Positions 52,536-64,000 of a DNA stretch of 64,000 nucleotides are shown piece after piece. The position numbers were made by a program, and so were the translations under genes. Below the pieces are notes generated by a model. The model did not search any database and was not told the DNA's origin. It saw only the letters and a list, made by a program, of their open reading frames with translations. The stretch is from contig NC_042997.1 of NCBI RefSeq assembly GCF_006345805.1, positions 90,024,001-90,088,000 of the forward strand. The letters are read 5' to 3'. Source of the stretch: Octopus sinensis. Its lineage: Eukaryota. Each line of letters starts with the position of its first letter. Position 1 is the first letter of the stretch.

Positions 52536-55500
52536 TCTATATATGTATGAAATTTTCTTTATGTTAATCATGAATAGGTGAAAGAGATAGTTTTCTTACA
52601 ATAGTACAGCAATTGCTTAATCTTGGGTTGTTCTTGGCCAAATAGACCTAAGAATTCTTAAAGTCAGTGCAATTGTAACCATGTCATCATTTTCTTTTTG
52701 TATATCTATGAGTGTGTGCCTTAGTTTTTAGATAGGTATGCTGTACTATTGAGTACTGTCAGAAGTGGTTAAAAGAGTTAGTGTCAGGAAGGGTAACCAG
52801 TTGTAAAACTCTGACTCAAAATGTCCTGTCTTTCACATGCCAGCAGAGAAAAGTAAACAAAAAAAAACAATAGTAATAAGGACTACAATGTGTCCTTCCT
52901 TTTTTAAGATGGTGAGATTTGATGAGATTTGGCAGCTATCTGTAGCAGGTCAAGTGATCATGAGAAGGTTCCTTTATTGGCTCAGCACATGCTGGCCACA
53001 TACATAGTACAACACTGGTGACAATATACAGAATTCTGATCCTGTGACTGGTACTCAACATTCTATTGATTTCATAACCTTTGGTTCTCCAACAAACTGT
53101 TCTCTCTGAAAACTCTTCAAAATTTCTTTAAATTCTTTGTTGTTTAATCCCATATTTTTTTTAATGAAATTAATATAACTTCATCCCATTGTTCATTCAT
53201 AGAAAAAATGTGCATGTAAATTTTTATAAATAAGACATTGACATACTATTAAGGTATTAGAATCCAGCTAAGGATTTTTCAGTTTCTTTTTAACCAGGCT
53301 AAGTCTTTTTTAAGACCATACTATACAAAGATGTATGTCTGTAACTACACTGCCAAGTTTTATATTGGATAAATAGAAATAATGTATTGATCATTTAACC
53401 TCAGAAACAAGATCTTCACCTTTGTTAGAAGCATGTGTCTGTGCTAACTTCTCAGTAACAATAAAAATGGGATTCTCAAAACCAGAAATGTTAAGTGGAT
53501 ATTTTTGTTTAAACAGTGACCTCTATTTCTGTAAACTTGTTTCAGGGAAATTAACTGGCCAACCCAACAACAACAGCTATAATTATTGCTGTGATGCTGA
53601 GTGTGTGTACAAATAACTGGTCCACCCAGCAGTAACTCTTTAAGCCAGCTATTCTTATCTGACCACTGTTCAATTTTAACATTGCTAAGACCATAAATTT
53701 GCTGTAGAGGAGTATAGTTGATTGAACTGATCTTAGTAAATGACTGGTGCTTATTTTATCATAGGTGAATCATTGGTTGATCTGCTTGGTTTAGCAGAAA
53801 AGTTTCTCTCAAGAAACTCCCCAATGTCTTTTGAGGACTACATGTTTAATTCCTAAATATTAGGATAGTAAGCTCACAATAAACATGAGATGGCCATGAC
53901 TACATGGATGGAATAATTGCTTTCCTTGGCCGTCTCTGCATTAGAAATCTGCTTAATTGGAGCTGACTAGTACCAATCATCAAAGACAGTAAAAAAGTGA
54001 ATCAATCACCTCAGTGACTTTGGTCCAATTGTGGGAATTGATGTTCAATCACCTTGTGCTACATTTAGCCAGATTCTTGAATCTCCTCAGAGTCTAACTG
54101 AATTTCTTGTACTACCAAACAGCTATGTGCTTTTGTCTTGATAATTGAGTTTCTTCCATTCTTTAGACACTCCAAAGACAGCAGAGGTTTTATTGCACCA
54201 ATATTTCTTTCATGCTAGGAAGCTTGTCTTTCTCTATGATGGTAGTCTTCCTGATCTTTTTTTCCATATGACATGCATGATCTGTCTTAGGAGTCTCATC
54301 ATAAATGTATACAATTTTGTTAACTGTTTGTAGTATATCATCCATGCCTCAAATCTACACAATAGTGGAGAATACTATTGCTCAGTATACTTTGCATTTT
54401 ACTTACTAAACAATGCATTAATTATTCCACTGTATCAGTAGCTATCATGAAATTACTGTAGGAATTGTTAGCAATAGAAGATACTGACTGAATACTGCTA
54501 TGTTGACACATAGATATCTAACAATAAAATAGCAATTATGGGTTCTAAAAACCTTGTAAATTGACTGGAACATTTTTTAATACTGATTTCTTACTATGGC
54601 ACAAGGTCATGAATTTGTAGAAGAAGGGCAGATTAGCATCAATTAATCCTAATACACTACTGGTACTAATTTACACTGGATGGGTAGATGATAGTGACAA
54701 GTATGATAGAATGTATAGAAATCTAACTAAATATTTTAAGATATTTATAGTCAGTCACTCAGCTTCTTTGACTACTCTACTGCTAAGTTTGTTCAGTTTT
54801 ACATCTACTATTCCATGCTGGCATGGAGTTGGCAAAACTCATTGAAACAAAGTTTCTATAGCTGGACGTCATTTCTGTTACTAACTTTTACTCATTTTCC
54901 AAGTATAGTGGCTCTTGCTTTTATTCCACTGATCCAATGGAAGCTAAAACTTAAGAGACCTTTACTTACTGGAGATTGTAAGCACAGACGCCATTTTTTC
55001 ATTCAAATACTATTAATAATAAAAATGGAATATCATTCATTCATGCATACACACACACGAACAACAAGCTTCTTCTAGTTTCTCTCTACCAATCCCACTT
55101 GTAAAGCATCATCTGATTCCAGTAGAAGACACTTGCCCATGGTGCCACACAGTGGGACCAAACCTGAAAGCATGTGGATGTGAAGCAAACTTTGTGACCA
55201 CAATACAACCACCTGTCGCTTTCCTAAACCTGTGCCTACATCATGCCTAGGCCTGTCTATATATTTGCTAATATGTAAACATGTAAGTAGTTTAATTAGC
55301 TCGTCGTTCTTTCATATAAGGGAGAAAATCATATCAAAATTATTTTGTTCCTTTTTTTCTCATTTTTCTTTCTTTTTCTCTCAAAAGTGGTCAGAATTTT
55401 CATTCACACAACAATTGTAACATAGTGTATTTATTCACAGGTCCAGAAAGAGCATGAGAAGACAAGACTTCACTTGCCTCTTTGGAATATAGGTACTACA

Positions 55501-57298
55501 CACATAAAGCGTGATTGACACTACAAATGCAAGGACTGCACTGAAAAATTTCTATAATACATTGAAATAAGCAAGTTGGCTATCCAGACAGAACTGTAGA
55601 AAGAATGAAAATTAAATGTGTGATAGATCTTAACATGAAGTTCTTCCATTAGGCTGAAGCAAGTTGAAATTAGGTTTAAAATAGCTTTAGCCAATTCTAT
55701 GAATCAAGTCAACGAAGTCAACTTTGTAAAAAGCAGTAGACAATTGAAATATCTACGAGGAGAAAGAAAGATAAGAAAAGGAGTAAAAAACGGGAATAAA
55801 TTAATAAATATGTAGATAAAATAATACAAAAAAAAACCTTATGTAGACAAGCATCTCCCACCATACAGAAAAGAAAAAATATAAACACACACCATTATGG
55901 AGTGTAAATAGGAGGAAAGCAGAAATAGAAGAATGAGTAAAAACAAAAAGAAAGTTGTGTTGAATTAACCAGCTGGGTTTTTACTTGCGGCTGATATGAC
56001 ATAGCAGTGGATCTTCTCACATAGGTCCACAGAAGAGATTAGCAAAAATGGAACACCATCTATGAGAAAGACAAGCCAAATAGTTGAAAACAAGAAAAAA
56101 GAAAAGGTAAAAAAAAAGAAAGAAAAGAAAAATTGTCTCTGATAGGTGTGAAAATTTTGGGATGAGAGGAAAATATCTGTGGAGTGTTGGTTTTTGACGA
56201 AAGAGGAGAGAATTAAAACAGTTGTAGCATGTAATTTTCACAGTTGCTACTTGGAAATCTTTCAGCCATCTTTCCCAGAAAGAGTTGATTAAAGGAGCTT
56301 GCTGTTCGTTATTTAGCATTTAGCACAGACAAAATAATAGATGTACATGTAGCCATGATCTCATTGACCTTGGTAAGCAAGAAAAACAAAGACTTGCATA
56401 ATATTTCCTTTTTAGGTAGAGAGGAAAAGAGTGAGAAAGAGAGATGTGATAAGAACATGATGAGGCTAAGACGATTTTTAAAAGGTGATATTTATCAATG
56501 ATAAATAATGTTATGTAATAAGGTGATTATATTATATTTTATTGGTTAAAGTGGATTTAATCTAAATTCAAAGGGGTTCAAATGAAAGACCACCATTGAA
56601 ATAGTGAATGTATTGGTGGATAAGTAAAGGTAATGGTGATAGTGGTAGTAAGAATTGTGATAATAGTAGTAGTACAAGCAACAGTAAAAGATGTGTTAAT
56701 GACAGCAAAATTGGTTGTGATATTAATGGTAATTATGCTAATAGTACCTCATTAAAGTTATTGTCTTCAATCAGATATACAAGAACTGATTCCATGGTAA
56801 GAAGAGATTAGTTGAATGCTATAAGAAGTCACCAGACACTCCAGTAAAGTTAATGCCCAAGCAAAGACCTTCCTATTTTTATTGTGGTCACACTCCCTTG
56901 AGATTGTAGGTAGAACCCTTCTGCAGGTGAAGATTAATTCAATCCTTGCTGCCTAATTCAGACAAGCATACAAGCTAAGGGGTAAAATGCATGTGACCCT
57001 GAGATCCCTGCTGATGATACAGAAGGGTTTCTGACATTGAATAGATTCAGAAGAGATTGCAATATCTCTGAGTAGCTCCTGCAGTTTCTGCATGGAGCAA
57101 AATATCTTTGATATTTATTTCACCTATTTTAAAGAAAGACAATTTTTTAAGGGAGACCTGTATAATCACTTGAGCAGGTCAAGTGATTATACAGAACTTC
57201 TTCTCTGGCTCATAGCAACTATTCAAAGTGGTTAACCTTATCAAAATTGTAACATTTTTTTCTTTCCCCAACTTCCATGGGTAGGTTGGACAATTACA

Positions 57299-57473
57299 GG
57301 TAAGTTCACTGCCAGCAATTCACCGCAAGGAAAGTTCACCATGAGGAAAGTTTACCAAAAAGTATATCCATAGTATCTCACCATTAATAGTTAAAAACTA
57401 TTTTATTGAAAAAAAATGGTGAATTGATGATGATGAACTTTCCCTGTGGTGAACTGATGACAGTAAACTTACC
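57299..57473. mobile_element. unclassified MITE
   Basis: ggtaagttcactg ... cagtaaacttacc TIRs with internal aaagttcacc subrepeats. Confidence 0.65.
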
Positions 57474-58439
57474 AGACATGGGGTACTTACCAGACAGGTT
57501 TGTTGTACAGCACATGAGGGTGCTGAAAAGTTCCTGGCTCTAAGAGTATCACAAAAGGCCTGGTTGGAGGTTCAACTTTCCAAGTTTTTTCATAGGGATC
57601 AGAAAAACTGAAGGACCACTGCAATAAGTGTTAATAACTGATCTTCCTGCATTTTTCACTTACCCAAAGCCAGGAACTTTTCAGCACCCTCTTGTATAGT
57701 GTTATTCATTAAATTCATTAATATTTCCTCATCTCATACATGAAGATTAATGTCTTGAGATTTATCTGACCAATTATTCCTGTATCGTTTCCTTCATTAA
57801 ATATCTGCCATTGAGAGCACTTTTCACACAACATTTATCACTTACATACATATCCACACCAGAGCAGTCATTTCCCATACATTAACTGATATACCAAACT
57901 GTTCTTGCAGCATCACAATGCTCTACCTTTCCTGGTATTGTTAACTCAGATTTAACATAAATTGGGGATTGGTTTTATGCCTGGATGTCTTTGCCCCAAT
58001 TCTAACCACTCTGCTGTGAAAATGAGACAATAGTCCTTCAGCTTAATCATTTCCCCACCAACAACACTACATTATGTACAAACTATATTCAAACTCTACA
58101 CTTGGACATAACATTTCTCATAACCTGGCACTCTCAGTTATGTCGACGTACTTTCCAGTTGATCGAAACAATGGAATAGCCTGTTTGTGAAATTAACGTG
58201 CAAGTGGCTGAGCACTACACAGACATGCATACTCTTAATGTAGTTCTCAGGGAGATTTGGTGTTATATATATATATATATACATACTCATACATATATAT
58301 ACACACACATACATATATATACACACATACATATATACTTTACATATAATTTTTTTACTACAAGTGGCCTAGTGTGTAGAAAAATTAGTCAATATACTAT
58401 ATATTATTCATATAAATACAGTGTTCATTTAAACACATA

Positions 58440-58660
58440 AGAGGTAACCATCATAGAAAACCTAGCACGCTAGAAGGAATAGCTAAAATCCAAACCACTA
58501 TTAGGGATAAATTTCGATTAGAATGTAAAAAAAAACATTTACCATCTATCTCCTGGACCATGGTTTCTAACTCTATATTAGCAAATAAAATAATTTGCCA
58601 GGTGGAGCTTTCATCAACAGGGACACCAAGATTAAACATATAAATACGAGGCAATCGAGT
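58440..58660 (-). mobile_element. possible Penelope-like RT fragment
   Basis: FNLGVPVDE...ANIELETMVQEIDGKCFFL resembles the Penelope RT region after YxDD (NIKFTME...LPFLD); adjacent to a hammerhead-like motif. Confidence 0.35.
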
Positions 58661-58714
58661 ATGTGCCCCGTGCTTATATATTATAATTTTTCAAATCCAC
58701 TGTGCAAGCACAGC

Positions 58715-58765
58715 TTTTTATATATACACATACATATATATACACACACACATACATACATATGT

Positions 58766-58838
<73 letters not shown>

Positions 58839-59082
58839 CACATATGCACACATATATACATATATACACATATGTATATACATATATACACCTACATATA
58901 TATAAACACACATACATACATATATATACACAAACATACATATATATACACAAACATACATACACATATATATATATACACAAACAAACATACATATATA
59001 TATATATATACACACATACATACATATATACTCATACATATATACACACACACCACACATATATATATATATATATATATAT
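58715..59082. repeat. large compound (TA)/(CA)/(TACA) microsatellite
   Basis: directly visible; source of many Y/I/H/T pseudo-ORFs. Confidence 0.95.
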
Positions 59083-59117
59083 AAAATCAAAATGAGCAAC
59101 AAGGATATCCATAGGTA

Positions 59118-59205
59118 ATGTAGTATGATCGTTTCAAGCAAATCCATTTAATTGAACAATGCAATCATTACATCAATTTAAATGCAGAGCAATCCTCAGC
59201 TGCAT
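59118..59205 (-). ncRNA. degenerate hammerhead-like motif
   Basis: minus strand AUGCAG-CUGAGGA-(long stem II region)-GAAAC-GAUC-AUA-CUACAU; palindromic GAUC loop; AUA instead of GUA and a stem I mismatch. Confidence 0.45.
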
Positions 59206-59379
59206 AATGACATAGAATTGAACTAAATTAAAACAGATGGACACATTTGTATAATTTTATCTAAAACCTCCAAGAAGGTAACGAGATAGACAAAGAACAT
59301 GCTGTCTTCACCTCAGCTTAGAAGCTACTAAGGTATCAGGAAGAAAGACTTGTGAGAGATCTAGCTTATCACTGTTTTT

Positions 59380-61080
59380 TGTGGTTAGTTCTAATTTATA
59401 GTTTTGTTAGTCTTTGTATATCAAAATATAAGGCCAAAGAACAAGGAGCAGTGTCTGTTAGGAAAGGGAGTGAGGGAGTCGGCATAAATCATAGTGGGTA
59501 TAGTCCTAAAACTATCAAGATTAATTTGAAGCAATATAATGAGATTTGGTAAAGGAAATCTTAAATCAAGATGTTAGCTGACAATTAAACCCATGATGAT
59601 AATACAGGGGAAATTTTGTCATGGGGTACTATATTTAATATTTTAAACAATATTGCCATATTGTATAAAGATAAAATTTAGGGTCATTCAGAAGTTTATT
59701 AAGAAGAATATTATAACAAAAGAATAAAATCTTTTTGAATACTTTTGAGTATATACCAAACTTTTACCACAATAGGGGGAAGAAAAGAAATTATCTCGAA
59801 ATAGTTTAATATTTATACATATTATATACTTCAATACTAACTTATTAGATGATATCTATGAAGACTGATCACTGGTATTTAATAAAGGAGTACTGAGGTA
59901 AAAGAACATGCTAACTATATATTAATTAAATTATAATCTAAGCAGTTTATTTTAAGTAGTGAAGATGCCGGTATTGTTTTATATAAGCTAAGTATGAATT
60001 TATAGGGGTACAAAAATTAGATTTATTTTATAAATAAAGGCTATTATAAAATAATAAAATGATCAGGTAGGGCAGAACACCATAGAAAAGGAATAAAATA
60101 GCTTAATCACTAAAAACCATGATAAAGTTTATATACCTTATTAACATCAGTAGAGAAGATTTATAGAAAATATTATAATTTAAGTATTTCAAACTAAAAA
60201 TTGTTTATTTACATATTTAGCTTGTATCAATAAAGACTAATACCTGGTATTAGCTAAAGGAATATTGATGTTATAGGACATGCTAATTATATACTAATTA
60301 TAAACTAAGAGGTATATTATAGGTTTTAAAAGTTATTAGTGTTACTCCATACATGATATTATAGTTTCTTAGGGGTACTCAATTAGAAGGGCTACTTAGA
60401 TAAAACCCTTATAAATACTAAAATCAGGAGGGTGGATCACTTTAAGAAAGGGATAAATAAAGTAATTACTAAAACCATTCTAATCAATATTGCCATATTG
60501 TATAAAGTTAAAATTTAGAGTTATCAAGAAGATTATTAAGAAGAATATTATAACAAAAGGATAAAATTTCTTTATGAAATAAACTTAATTTTTGAACCCC
60601 TATAAATTCATACTTAGCTTATATAAAACAATACTGGTATCTTCACAACTTAAAATAAACTGCTTAGATTATAATTTAATTAATATATAGTTAGCATGTT
60701 CTTTTGCCTCAGTGCTCCTTTATTAAATACCAGTAAATTCCAATTGATCAACCTCCATAGATACCATCTAATAAGTTAATATCGAAGTATATAATATGTA
60801 TAAATATTAAACTATTTCTATGTAATTTCTATTCCTCCCTCTATTGTGGTAAAATTTGGTATATACTCAAAAGTACTCAAAGAAATTTTATCCTTTTGTT
60901 ATAATATTATTCTTAATAATCTTCTTAATAACTCTAATTTTAACTTTATACAATATGGCAAAATTGTTTAAAATGGTTTTAGTAATTACTTTATTTATCC
61001 TTTTTTTAAAGTGTTCCACCCTCCTGATCTTAGTATTTATATTGGCCTTTATGTAAGTAGCCCTTAAATTTTTAAGTATT
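59380..61080. repeat. complex AT/TpA-rich block with internal direct and inverted duplications
   Basis: 59647-60040 is inverted at 60570-60965; 60390-60570 is inverted at 60885-61070; 59647-59722 is directly repeated at 60487-60567. Confidence 0.85.
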
Positions 61081-62249
61081 CTCTACACTAACACTCATAT
61101 TTCCTTCGCCCTATTCTGACTGTGAGGCTGTTATTACTCTCTCCTGTCTTCACGCTTTCTCTCTTCCGCCATCATGCTTTCTTTCTCTCTCTCATTCCCT
61201 CTTTCACTCTCTCCCTACATCCACTTCTCTCTGTGTCTCTCTCGTATTCCATCTTCTTCATTGGTTCACACATCTTAGATTATTGAGTATGTTCTATATT
61301 CTCTGTGTATGCAGTAACTTTCCTCCTCTACCTGTACTGGTGCCATGAGAAATATGCCCTGTATACATGTGGTTGTCAAATGAGCAGAGAAAGCATAGGA
61401 CTGTGAGGTTCTTATAGTCCTGCCTCACCGAGGACTTTTCAATCTTTCATGAAAAAAATGCATCCAGTATTACTCTTTAAAGTGGTATGCAATAGGAAGT
61501 GCATTCGGACATAGAAACAAAAAAAAAATAAATGATACATAACAAGCACTAGTGTATAGGAGCAGTGATTCCCAATAATAGATTATTCAAACTGTCATGA
61601 TCATCCAACCCATGCTAGCATGGAAAGCAACTGTAAAAGGATGATGGTGATGATATCATCATGTTTTTTTTTTACTTACACTTTTCCATGTTAGCATGGG
61701 TTGGATGGGGCTTTTTGAAGCACTGTTTTATGGCCAGATGCTTTTCATGATATCAAACTTTTAGTTACCTCTTGCAACACACAGGGATATAGTGTACCTA
61801 TTCTAAAAATCAGACTACACATGGTGTCTGTCTGTCTGTATCTATGTATGTATGGTTACACATGTGAACATTTTAAGTTAAAAAAACTTAACATGACTTC
61901 AAATTTCTGTTACTTCATTTCCAGGTCAACTGCTCCAAGCAAGACACTAGTGTGCACCAAGTTAAATTGAATTTCTCAAGAGGAAATAGATATTCAGTTT
62001 ACTCACCTCACACACACACACACACACACAAAGAAGCACAAACACACAAAGATATATAAAGATATTACATACATATATGTATACACACACTTAGGTATAT
62101 AATCATGCACATATATACATGTATGTTTGTTTTAGCCAAAATAGGTAAAGACATATATGAGGTAATTTTAAAATGTTAAAGTTTTAAGTATAATGGTAGC
62201 CTATTTAAATACTATGGAGCAAAACAGGCATAATCTCCACAATATTCTA

Positions 62250-63520
62250 CTACTGTGGTAGAATTGGCAATGTCCCCAGAATATTTTGGTCTGATCTGCA
62301 GTAATTTTGAGATAATAACTAACATCTTGAAACTGAACGTAGTCATTATCAATCTTTCCAGGTTGCAGAAAAACCAATCAGTGAAAGCCGCAGATGGTTG
62401 TGGAAAAAGTTGAAGATGACTAAGATGGTTTATGAAGGAAGAAATGTAACTGATGGAGATAGAGAGCATGGTGACATGGAGACAGTTTAAGGCAGCTATG
62501 GTCATAGAGAGGAATGGCAGGAAATATGTTTAAAAGTTGATGGAAGGAATAGAGGTGGAAATTGTGATGGTGGTGGTGGTGCTGTCCCCAATAGACAAAA
62601 CACACACAAAAAAAACAATAGATCTTGTGGACAGGCCTTGTTACAGAGAGAGAGAGAGAGAGTATTGTCTGAACTGTGCAAATATGGATCTGTGCCGAGC
62701 TCTTTCCTATGTCAGACAACCTGCCCTGGAGGGGTGTGAGTAGTGCAAGAACAAACAGTCCATGAGATAAGCATCAGCATGAAAATTGACAATTCCAAGA
62801 AGTTATTCTTTACACTGCAAATGTGCCAAAGCTATTCATCAGAAGTTGCTTTCAAAAGTCTGAACATAGTTTGTGGTTGATGTAAGGTGTCAACATGGAA
62901 CACTGAATTACCATTGTCAAAGTTGTCATAATTGTTTCTTTGCAACAGTTTTCTCCTTTCATTATCATCATCAATTCTTTTAATCCATGTTTGTATTTCT
63001 TACCAGAAGTCTAAAAGAAGACTGTTTTCTTTTTTTTTTTCCACAAAACTTTAAAACTACTTTTATTTATTTTTGTTATCTATTATTACCTATTTGAGAA
63101 GCTCAAGTCTCCTTAGCAAGTTCCATTATTTCAGTTAGGATTGGCACCCTTTATTTTGTTATATAAGTGAAGTATGATAATTAGATAAAAGCAGAAAGAA
63201 CTTGAGACAAGAGTTATTTTGTGTGAAAATAACAGACAGTTGTTGATTCTCCCTCTTGTTGTTTCCATTATGTCTACTTACAGGAGAGATCAAAGCTTCA
63301 GTTAAAGTTTCTTGGCTTGAAATTATCCAAAATAATTCCAATAAAAAGAAACATTTTTCATAAATATCACACACTTTACTATCACACACACATGTATACT
63401 TCTTGATGACTTCCCCTGTGGAGAATGCAAGACACCTGCCATTACATTTTACTTTACTGGAAATTTCAACATGAATGATATTCAATATTTTGGGGGAGGA
63501 TGTCACATTTGGAATGACTG
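62250..63520 (-). mobile_element. possible decayed MULE/Mutator-like transposase with SWIM finger
   Basis: CDSKVCD..EKCFFLL, IISSQETLTEAL, E.QQL.VIF.Q...LLL..YH, ERR.L...NN and VCSC......G....H occur in the order recalled for SWIM-bearing MULE transposases; several stops. Confidence 0.4.
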
Positions 63521-64000
63521 AAGTGGAATTTTATATAATAGTAGACTTTTATCTCTCTTTGTCTGTCTCTGTCTATCTCACTCATGCTAACATCAACAGA
63601 ACCATTAGCATTATCTTTGTCAAATATTACAGAAGTAAAACTGTGTACCTGACAAATTTTACACACTTCAAAGGTTACATTTGTGAAATGTTTACACATA
63701 TCAAACATTACATCACCCATATCAGGCACATTTTAAACTTATGCACAAATGGCTGCAAGACCTAATCACACTGACACATCAAACACTGTTTATATCCAGA
63801 GTGCTGGATGTAATTCTGTTGTGTTAGAATTATACAGGTTATTTCAGGGACATAGGTCAACTTATAACTGACCAGATCTACTCAATAATAAGTTATAAGT
63901 GATGCAGACATGGCAATGTAGCTGAGAATTTCATTTCACAATCACAATTCTGGGTTTTATCCTGCTGCAGGGCACCTTGGACAGGTGTCTTCTGCCATAA

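Noticed and set aside
55450-55590. Hydrophobic minus-strand peptides with possible AG acceptors
   Set aside because: Short, stop-bounded, no canonical donor and no homology; expected by chance in T-rich DNA
58595-59147. Long ORFs rich in Y/I/H/T/C/V in all frames (also near 3720, 6855, 26236, 28816 and elsewhere)
   Set aside because: Translations of (TA)n/(CA)n microsatellites; no real coding signal
59640-59730. NNIAILYK...YYNK resembling a TPR repeat
   Set aside because: Spacing is 3 residues off the TPR consensus, with stops and no 34-aa periodicity
59380-61080. Possible NUMT because of extreme AT richness
   Set aside because: No recognisable mitochondrial gene, rRNA or tRNA motifs

Overview
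AT-rich eukaryotic (animal) genomic DNA that is dense in microsatellites and transposon remnants. The SINE, RTE, Dong/R4 and MITE repertoire looks like a coleoid cephalopod, most likely Octopus; this is inferred from repeat recognition, not from a search. The only well-supported host gene is ERAL1 (mitochondrial Era GTPase) on the minus strand. Six coding exons (45154-45215, 34432-34544, 30238-30648, 27009-27158, 25659-25739, 19978-20106) splice in frame with GT-AG boundaries and give the G4/G5 motifs and the KH domain through to the stop codon. Its 5' exons (G1-G3) were not found and probably lie beyond position 64000. The rest is repeat DNA: a full-length decayed mariner, a hAT transposase split by a Tc1 element, RTE and Dong/R4 LINE fragments, probable MULE, DIRS and Penelope remnants, three tRNA-derived SINE families and several MITE families. 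The most striking structure is a perfect 151-bp-arm palindrome inside an ERAL1 intron. It carries two mirror-image minimal hammerhead ribozyme motifs, one on each strand. Two more degenerate hammerhead-like motifs, other intronic foldbacks, a 7-copy SINE array and an unexplained 1.7-kb internally duplicated and inverted block are also present. Most ORFs in the supplied track are microsatellite or repeat artefacts. Repeat boundaries are approximate unless terminal repeats are quoted.
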